Source: Planctomycetota bacterium (GTDB taxonomy: Bacteria; Planctomycetota; GCA-002687715; DRQF01). From it: a stretch of DNA of 14,997 nt. The notes under the pieces were generated by a model. That model did not search any database. It worked only from the letters and a program-made list of their open reading frames with translations, and was not told where the DNA came from. A program made the position numbers and the translations under genes. The stretch covers positions 3,849 to 18,845 of the forward strand of contig JALTLO010000077.1 of the NCBI GenBank assembly GCA_027001995.1, read 5' to 3'. This document shows positions 9,055 through 14,997 of this stretch, piece after piece. Positions within the stretch are counted from its first letter, which is position 1, and each line of letters starts with the position of its first letter.

Positions 9055-10203
9055 GTGGGGCAAGAAGCGATGAATCAAACTGGGCCAAGCAGGTTTAACG
9101 AAGTCCATGGGGCTTTGACTACGGATTATCTTCGATCGTTGGTTGAAAACGAACATTTGGGGTCGAATATGACGATTGCGCCCCAACAGTTTCAGCCGGC
9201 AAGCCTTGATCTCACTTTGTCGGCGGAAGCTTACAAACTTCCTGGGTCCATCCTTCCATTGCGGGGTGAAACAGTGAGGCAGGCGCTGTCGAGTTTTCAT
9301 GCCCGTTCCTTAGACCTGTCCAAGCCGACGTTCTTGGATCGAGGACAGGTCTATCTGATTCGGCTTAACGAAACCCTCAATCTTCCGGATTCCGTGGGGG
9401 CTTATACCAACAACAAAAGTAGTACCGGTCGTATCGATTTACAGACACGTACCATCAGCGATGGCAACCCTCGATACGAGAAGCATGCCAGAGGATACTG
9501 TGGAGATCTTTGGGTTGAGGTTATTACCAAGTCCTTCGACGTTTGTGTGACTGCGGGTATTTCTTTGAATCAAGCCATCTTCTACGGCGAACGTGCGCTC
9601 TTGAGTGACGCGGAGTTGAAAGCATTGATGGCGGATGTGCCACTGATGTACACGAAAGAAGGGCTGCCATGGAACATAGACGAAGTTGTCTTAGATCATG
9701 GGCTCATGATGTCTGTGGACTTGGATCAAGATGTCGTCGGGTTTGTAGCCAAGAAATCGCCGGAGCCCCTATTCTTGGATCGGCCAGGTACCCATGACCC
9801 CCGAGAATTCTTCGACCCGATTCGGCGTCCGAAAAATGCTCGCCTTCTTTTGATGAAAGGTCATTTCTACATATTGAGTACGCTGGAATATCTGCGAGTT
9901 CCGACAAACTTGGCAGTGGAGATGTTGCCTTACGAAACGACAGCGGGGGAATTTCGCGCCCACTATGCCGGATTCTTTGACCCCGGATTCGGCTATGGCG
10001 TTTGTGGTGAAGTGTTGGGAACACCGGCTGTGCTCGAAGTCAGGCCCTATGATGATGACCTTATTTTGCGGCATGGCCAACCCATTTGCAAAATGGCCTA
10101 TGAACGACTTTGCGGCACTACGGAGCAGATTTATGGTGTTGGTGGGAGCAATCATTATGCCCACCAGCGGGGCCCCAGACTCTCCAAGTATTTTGCCGAT
10201 TAG
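9055..10203 (+). CDS. dcd: 2'-deoxycytidine 5'-triphosphate deaminase (long, two-domain DCD family)
   Basis: Motifs QPASLDLTL, KSSTGRID, EFRAHYAGFFDPGFG, AVLEVRP, HGQ and a C-terminal Y..Q.GPRLSKYF. Start is GTG 9055 or ATG 9070. Confidence 0.9.
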   Translation: MGQEAMNQTGPSRFNEVHGALTTDYLRSLVENEHLGSNMTIAPQQFQPASLDLTLSAEAYKLPGSILPLRGETVRQALSSFHARSLDLSKPTFLDRGQVYLIRLNETLNLPDSVGAYTNNKSSTGRIDLQTRTISDGNPRYEKHARGYCGDLWVEVITKSFDVCVTAGISLNQAIFYGERALLSDAELKALMADVPLMYTKEGLPWNIDEVVLDHGLMMSVDLDQDVVGFVAKKSPEPLFLDRPGTHDPREFFDPIRRPKNARLLLMKGHFYILSTLEYLRVPTNLAVEMLPYETTAGEFRAHYAGFFDPGFGYGVCGEVLGTPAVLEVRPYDDDLILRHGQPICKMAYERLCGTTEQIYGVGGSNHYAHQRGPRLSKYFAD

Positions 10204-10212
10204 CTATTCACT

Positions 10213-11442
10213 TCATGGCCTTGGCAAGAGGGGTTTGATCCTATTGAGGTAGGACTCGAGATGGGCACCAGGACAAAGCGTCGATTTCTTTGGCACGTCC
10301 CTGAGCATTGAACGATGACTTGAGACGAAGTGGGGGTGGATCTTGTAAGACTCGCACAACCATGAAAGTAATCGCTTCAATGATTTCTTTTGGCTTGGAG
10401 TTGGGTCTCGCTTGACGAAGTTTCCCATGAGGCAAACGCCAATGTTGCCGCGATTCAGGTCTTTGTTGCCCGCATGAGCTCCTTGCCACTTGAGATCCCG
10501 CCCTTGCCAGATGCGTCCGGAACCATCAATAAGATAGTGGTAACCTAGGTCCGCCCAACCGCGGTCGTCTTGATGGAATTTTTGATAAGAACGCATTTGA
10601 GCTGTGGCTGCAGACATGGACGTGGGGGGGATCTCTGGCGAGGCCGCATGGTGGACGGTAATGCGCCAGGGTTTTGTCATTCTCATAGGGGCCCCCGCTT
10701 GTTTGATTTTCTTGGCACCCCAGACCGATCTGTCGAGAACTTCAGGGGCCAAGACGCTTGGCATTTGGATTTTCGATGCTTTCCCTGCTTGTTTCCCCCG
10801 TGATCTATTGGCCTTCATGAGACCATCATCCAGTTCTTTGTAGCCAAAAGCGGTCTTGTCATGGATACGGTTATGGTAACTCTGAGCCCGGGCAATGCGA
10901 CCTCGTTGGAGGCTACCTTTACCAAGGCGGACTAAGGCTCGATCTTGAAGGCGAGCGTTTTCTGCGAAAGAAACGGCCTCCAGATAGTGGCGTTCAGCAG
11001 AGGTCCAGCTATTCTTGCCTTCATAGGCTCGGGCCAAGCCCATGGAAATCAAGTAAGTCGATATCTTGTTTCTTTTTTTATTGGCTGATCTGGCTCGATA
11101 GAAAGACGTGACCGCTTCATCGTAGCGTCCCAAAGAAACAAGACAGTCTCCCATGAGCTGGGACACGTCTGTCTTTTCTTTCTGACTGCTGGCGCGAAAC
11201 CGGGATTCTGTGAGTAGACTAAGTGCACTTTCATATTGCCCTCGGTCGATTTCGTGGCGCGCCAATGCGATCCCACTTCCTGCAGCCTCTCGGTCATGCA
11301 GTGAATTGTCACTTGCGCAAGCGAAAATGCTGAACAGAAGCAGCAAAGGCGTCAGTTTCCAATAAGAATGATCCATGAGCATAGCTTCCGGGACAGGTTT
11401 GATTTGGGCCGGTTTCCGCATTTCATGGTCAGACAATGACAT
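10213..11442 (-). CDS. Putative lipoprotein: TPR repeats fused to an N-acetylmuramoyl-L-alanine amidase (Amidase_2/PGRP) domain
   Basis: The C-terminal domain has ITVHH, RGWADLGYHYLID, GAHAG, NIGVCLMGNF, SHR and CPG (His/His/Cys zinc ligands plus catalytic Tyr). The middle has TPR-like helices (MGDCLVSLGRYDEAVTSFYRA). LLLLFSIFAC is lipobox-like, which suggests a true start near 11382 or 11376. Confidence 0.85.
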   Translation of the reverse strand: MSLSDHEMRKPAQIKPVPEAMLMDHSYWKLTPLLLLFSIFACASDNSLHDREAAGSGIALARHEIDRGQYESALSLLTESRFRASSQKEKTDVSQLMGDCLVSLGRYDEAVTSFYRARSANKKRNKISTYLISMGLARAYEGKNSWTSAERHYLEAVSFAENARLQDRALVRLGKGSLQRGRIARAQSYHNRIHDKTAFGYKELDDGLMKANRSRGKQAGKASKIQMPSVLAPEVLDRSVWGAKKIKQAGAPMRMTKPWRITVHHAASPEIPPTSMSAATAQMRSYQKFHQDDRGWADLGYHYLIDGSGRIWQGRDLKWQGAHAGNKDLNRGNIGVCLMGNFVKRDPTPSQKKSLKRLLSWLCESYKIHPHFVSSHRSMLRDVPKKSTLCPGAHLESYLNRIKPLLPRP

Positions 11443-11558
11443 GTGGGGGGGATTTCGTCCAATTGTGTCCGTGGATTCGCTTGCAGAATTCTCGATTCAA
11501 GGCAGGATAGCGAAAACAAGCTGGCGACGAAGAATAGGTCTTAAGAAGAGGGTTGATT

Positions 11559-12128
11559 GTGGCATTAACAAGAGAAGAAGCGTGGGCCCATCTTTGCTCC
11601 TGGACTGAGAGTCTACCCTTACGCCAACATGCCAGGGCGGTGGAGGTCGTTATGAAGGCTGCGGCTCAAAAATATGGTGATGGGGCCGATGAAGACCAGT
11701 GGGCTATGGCGGGATTGCTCCACGACGCGGATTACGACCAATGGCCAGAAGACCATCCCCATCGCATAGTGGCTTGGTTAGAGGAAAAGGGCGAAAACGG
11801 AATGGCCCATGCAATTTCTGCCCACTACACAAAATGGGGCGTCTCTTATGAGACAGCCCTCGACAAGGCTCTGCTCGCCTGTGACGAACTCACTGGCTTT
11901 ATCGTTGCCTGCTGTCTGGTTCGCCCAGAAGGAGTGGCCACGCTGAAGCCTAAAAGCGTCAAGAAGAAGTTAAAAACCAAATCCTTCGCTGCCAAAGTTG
12001 AGCGTGATGAGGTGGTGGCTGGCGTTGACATGCTTGGGGTGGATTTGGGAGAGCACATCCAATTCATCATCGATGCCCTGAAACCCCATGGGGAGGAACT
12101 CGGGATAGCCGGTAGCAAGAGGGATTAG
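11559..12128 (+). CDS. HD-superfamily metal-dependent phosphohydrolase (HDIG/COG2316-like)
   Basis: Motifs TREEAW, LRQHARAVE, AGLLHDADY, AISAH, LLACDELTGFI and SVKKKLK.KSFAAKV.R. GTG 11559 follows the purine-rich AAGAAGAGGG. Confidence 0.88.
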   Translation: MALTREEAWAHLCSWTESLPLRQHARAVEVVMKAAAQKYGDGADEDQWAMAGLLHDADYDQWPEDHPHRIVAWLEEKGENGMAHAISAHYTKWGVSYETALDKALLACDELTGFIVACCLVRPEGVATLKPKSVKKKLKTKSFAAKVERDEVVAGVDMLGVDLGEHIQFIIDALKPHGEELGIAGSKRD

Positions 12129-12173
12129 TTCTCGGAACGATTTTGAGACATCGACATTAAGAATGTTGGCGTT

Positions 12174-12569
12174 TCATGAATGAGGATGGCCAATCATCTC
12201 TTCACTAAATGCTTGCAATTCAGACTCCAGCTGTTCCGCTGTGATACAGTTCAGCTTGAGCAGGGTTTCACCCAAAGGTGGTCGCGTCTCCAATTGAATC
12301 TTGAGGAGTTTGACCAAGTCGTCGACTTCCATGAACCCAAGCTCAATGGCGAGGTCGCCAAACAAGAGGTCTGGTTGTTCCCGGCTTCCGGCTTGGATGC
12401 GATCCGCTTGAAGTCGCAAGATGTTAAAAATCTCATTGATGTTTAGGATCTCATGACGCAGAGCGATCCTTCCAAGTGGTTGCTGGTTGTTTCTTTGGTC
12501 TTCAAGTGCGGCCACAATGTCGCCTTTCGTGACAACTCCGCGGGAAACCAAGAATTCGCCGATTCTCAT
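12174..12569 (-). CDS. Small protein made of four tandem MshEN-like motifs (candidate c-di-GMP-binding protein)
   Basis: Four 24-residue units fit RLGxxLLxxGLIxxxxLxxxLxxQ: RIGEFLVSRGVVTKGDIVAALEDQ, PLGRIALRHEILNINEIFNILRLQ, LFGDLAIELGFMEVDDLVKLLKIQ and PLGETLLKLNCITAEQLESELQAF. Confidence 0.75.
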   Translation of the reverse strand: MRIGEFLVSRGVVTKGDIVAALEDQRNNQQPLGRIALRHEILNINEIFNILRLQADRIQAGSREQPDLLFGDLAIELGFMEVDDLVKLLKIQLETRPPLGETLLKLNCITAEQLESELQAFSEEMIGHPHS

Positions 12570-12835
12570 ACCTGAAACTCCGAAAATCTATCCTGTGGTG
12601 TAGGAATCAACACCTGCGTGATGCCTACTCATTCTGTTAAGGGAATTGTTGTTGCCTTTTTTGAAGAAAAGAAAAAGAAACATAAAATTTTCATCGACCA
12701 CTTACAGAATGGAACCTGATATCTTCCTTGAAGAATCTATAAAGGTGAGGTGTTTGGCTGGTTAAGCGTCAGGAAAGACGAGATGTAGGAATTTTGGGAC
12801 GCTTGGGTGTTGGAGGCTCATGGAATGCCACACCT

Positions 12836-12875
12836 AAAAAAACAACCCTCGCAACTCGTTAGAGCTGCGAAGGTT
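12836..12875 (-). terminator. Rho-independent terminator just downstream of the tRNA-Gly 3' end
   Basis: The minus strand reads AACCTTCGCAGCTC-TAAC-GAGTTGCGAGGGTT-GTTTTTTT: a 14-bp stem whose two G-U pairs work only on the minus strand, followed by a run of 7 U. Confidence 0.85.
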
Positions 12876-12878
12876 AAG

Positions 12879-12920
12879 AGCGGGTGATGAGATTTGAACT
12901 CACGACAATCAAATTGGCAA
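12879..12920 (-). mobile_element. 3' half of tRNA-Gly(GCC), not a full tRNA; probable attachment site (attR-type duplication) of an integrative element lying to the right
   Basis: The minus strand reads TTGCCAA (anticodon loop), TTTGA, TTGTC, GTGAG-TTCAAAT-CTCAT (T arm), CACCCGC, T (3' acceptor strand plus the Gly discriminator U). The bases 5' of the loop (CTTCT) do not pair with TTTGA, and there is no D arm or GCGGGTG 5' strand. Confidence 0.8.
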
Positions 12921-13207
12921 AGAAGACCACCGCTGCCCTCACGGTGTCCATGCTCTTAGGCACATGCCGGCCCCAGGTACAAAATCCCAGCCTCCTCTAT
13001 CCAGAGTAAGCACGAAGGTTCGTACTAAACGGGCTGGGACAGATGTTTAATGGGGCACGACTGGCAATGAAACGCCGACAGGTTGCTGTTTGCAATGTTG
13101 GTGAGAGAAGGCCCAGGAGCGGTAAATCTAAGAATCTTCTTTGCCGACTTGAAACTCTTGGCGCATCCTCAAGGCAAGCTTCGGGACGCGTGTTCAGATC
13201 TTGTCGA

Positions 13208-13618
13208 TCACCTCATCGGAGTGAGAGTACCGCCATTGCCAGGCGATCCGCAACTTCCGCTGTGATCATTGGTTCCGTTTACCCTTACGTTTACTATCAT
13301 CTCTGGGGGATTTGCGCTGTTCCATGGGATATCAAGGGACGGAGCATCAGATTGCGAAAGCGTAAATTTTGCTCGGTACCTGTTGCCCGGGAATGCCCCA
13401 GGTTCTTCTGGCAAGAGGTTGAAATTCAGGTCGCTAAAGGTCACAGAATTGCCATTGATTCCGTAGTCGAAAGTGCCCGTCAGCGTGCTTCCAACTTGAG
13501 TTCCAGAAAAACTTGCGCTTCGGCTTCCTCCATTTGTTCCTGATATGCTGACACTTTGTGCATTGGATATTCCGCACAACACTATCAAAGCAATCATTGA
13601 TCGTAGGATCGTCTTCAC
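13208..13618 (-). CDS. Hypothetical secreted protein (136 aa, Gly/Ser/Thr/Asn-rich, probably beta-rich)
   Basis: GTG start with an AAGGAGG RBS and a GTGA overlap with the upstream stop. Signal-peptide-like N-terminus MKTILRSMIALIVLCGISNA|QSV. Confidence 0.75.
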   Translation of the reverse strand: MKTILRSMIALIVLCGISNAQSVSISGTNGGSRSASFSGTQVGSTLTGTFDYGINGNSVTFSDLNFNLLPEEPGAFPGNRYRAKFTLSQSDAPSLDIPWNSANPPEMIVNVRVNGTNDHSGSCGSPGNGGTLTPMR

Positions 13619-14484
13619 CTTCTTCCTCCTTGGTTAAACAAATCGATCGCTCTGGACCTTCCTCGGCGATTTCTTTCGGAAACCACATTCTCTGTCAAAG
13701 TGGAGAATGACGGCCTGCCTGTCTCGTAGAATGGCGCAAAGTCACGAAAATGCTCGATGTCGTTGTCGTGCCAGTAATTGATATTCTTGATATACTGTTC
13801 GTGGGTCCTTGGTTGCTTTGAGAATGGAGCTGCCTCTACAACTTTTCTAATTTTGGCTTCTACTTCCGCGCCATACCTATCGATGATGTCTTGCGGAGTT
13901 CCGACACCATTCCGCAAGCATTTGCCGGTGAAATCCCAGGCGTCCATTGCTTTTTCTTCGTCATCCAAGAGCTCGGTGTATTGGAGCAGGGTGTATAGGT
14001 GACCTTTTCGCGCCGCTACTACATACTTATCTTTGTCGAGCCGCTTGGGAGTCTTGATCTTCTTCTTCAAGAAATTTCGAGCTTTCTTTCTTCGGATTAG
14101 ATCGATCTTTTCTTGTCTCAGGCGTGCGTTGTCTAACTTCAAAGACTCTATTTCTGCCTGCAGCCGTTTGCCTCTGGCAACAATCGCACTCATTTCTCCA
14201 CGCAAACGATTCAAATCTGCCCTTAGGGTGGAGTGGTCTGACCTTGCGGCCGTGACATGTTCGTCAAGAGCAGGACCTTGAACAATTTCAATGTGTGAAA
14301 TGTGGTTGTCTTCTGCGCTGGCAGATTCCCTTCCAACAACAAACGTTGATGGCAAAAGGACTAACATTGTAAGAACAAAAAAAATGCGCTTTGTTCCGTA
14401 GTTTGCTTCGGGATTCGACATGGTACGTTTGATCCTGAAAGTGTTGATATAGCTCCCCGAAAACCACAGAAGGAGCCGTATCAC
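13615..14484 (-). CDS. Hypothetical exported or membrane-anchored coiled-coil protein
   Basis: 289-aa ORF with a hydrophobic segment (IFFVLTMLVLLPSTFVV) and heptad repeats (LRADLNRLRGEM...LQAEIESLKLDNARLRQEK). The real start may be ATG 14421 (MSNPEANY). Confidence 0.7.
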   Translation of the reverse strand: MIRLLLWFSGSYINTFRIKRTMSNPEANYGTKRIFFVLTMLVLLPSTFVVGRESASAEDNHISHIEIVQGPALDEHVTAARSDHSTLRADLNRLRGEMSAIVARGKRLQAEIESLKLDNARLRQEKIDLIRRKKARNFLKKKIKTPKRLDKDKYVVAARKGHLYTLLQYTELLDDEEKAMDAWDFTGKCLRNGVGTPQDIIDRYGAEVEAKIRKVVEAAPFSKQPRTHEQYIKNINYWHDNDIEHFRDFAPFYETGRPSFSTLTENVVSERNRRGRSRAIDLFNQGGRR

Positions 14485-14823
14485 TGTCCGACATGAAGTG
14501 CCTATGACTTGAGTTGACAGTGTCTAAGCTAATACCGAAGGCGAACCATCCCGTCGGGTGGCGGTCGCTTCATCGAGTTGTGTTCAAGTTGCCTGCAAGG
14601 AGTGTTGACATAGACCATTCATGTCTTTCATTTCACTACCTAATTATGCGAATCAGAGCTTGGAAGTTGCCAGCCAAAAATCCTCGGCAAAATAGGACTA
14701 AGCCGTTTGGCTTAATTTGGTGACAGTTTCAATTCTATTCGCCGTGCCGTTCTTGTGGTCAGACTCCTGTGTCCGACCGCTCTCTTTCGGCGCAGTTAAA
14801 CACGGGGACAAATAGTCTGCAAC

Positions 14824-14853
14824 AAGAAATTTGAATTTTTATTCAACTTTCTT
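14824..14853. repeat. AT-rich imperfect inverted repeat, possible operator
   Basis: AAGAAATTTGAAT-TTTT-ATTCAACTTTCTT: 13-bp arms with one mismatch. Confidence 0.5.
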
Positions 14854-14997
14854 CAAAGGAAATTCGTATGCGGTCGGTGCACGAAGATCCAATTGATTGC
14901 AATGCGGCCCACGCTGTGATTGACGTCAACGACCTGGAGTAGAAAAGGACAATGTTTGCCTCTCAATTGGCTGCAAAAGCAACGAGTTGAGGATTGA

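Noticed and set aside
12850..12960. Intact or intron-split tRNA-Gly gene
   Set aside because: There is no D arm, 5' anticodon stem or 5' acceptor strand adjacent, and I found no 5' exon further right in the window, so it is reported as a fragment.
12966..13040. HDV-like or theta ribozyme (GCCGGC, TCCCAGCCTCCTC and TGGGAC echo the HDV genomic ribozyme)
   Set aside because: The GGC needed to close P3 and the 3' strand of P1 are missing, so the nested double pseudoknot cannot form. The G-U pairs favour a different fold on the minus strand.
13043..13543. 166-aa plus-strand ORF
   Set aside because: It is antisense to the 13208-13618 gene, which has an RBS, a signal peptide and coupling to its neighbour. 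Its Arg/Ser/Cys-rich composition is typical of a shadow ORF.
14016..14031. Second NrdR-like sequence starting CTACTACAT
   Set aside because: The right half lacks the conserved T11 and G13, and it lies inside a CDS unrelated to nucleotide metabolism.
1..14997. CRISPR array, cas genes, transposase, integrase or rRNA
   Set aside because: No regularly spaced direct repeats and no ORF or sequence with the relevant motifs were seen.

Overview
Bacterial chromosomal window, mostly housekeeping genes, with what looks like the edge of a tRNA-integrated element at the right. From left to right: (1) the end of an enoyl-CoA hydratase, a biotin carboxylase and a separate biotin-carrier subunit (a liu/atu-like acyl-CoA carboxylase split in two), and malate dehydrogenase, closed by a terminator hairpin; (2) a minus-strand cluster of a truncated MetE-like ('core'/MesB-like) methionine synthase, a hotdog thioesterase and a small hypothetical gene; (3) a divergent B12-dependent class II ribonucleotide reductase (nrdJ) with a sigma70-like promoter and NrdR box, then a DCD-family dCTP deaminase; (4) a TPR + Amidase_2 putative lipoprotein, an HD-domain protein and a small protein built from four MshEN-like motifs; (5) the 3' half of a tRNA-Gly(GCC), starting exactly at the anticodon loop and followed by a terminator, most simply an att-site remnant. 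Beyond it lie a possible structured RNA and two coupled, exported-looking genes I do not recognise. No integrase, CRISPR array or intact tRNA/rRNA gene is visible. All calls come from reading motifs by eye; no searches were run.
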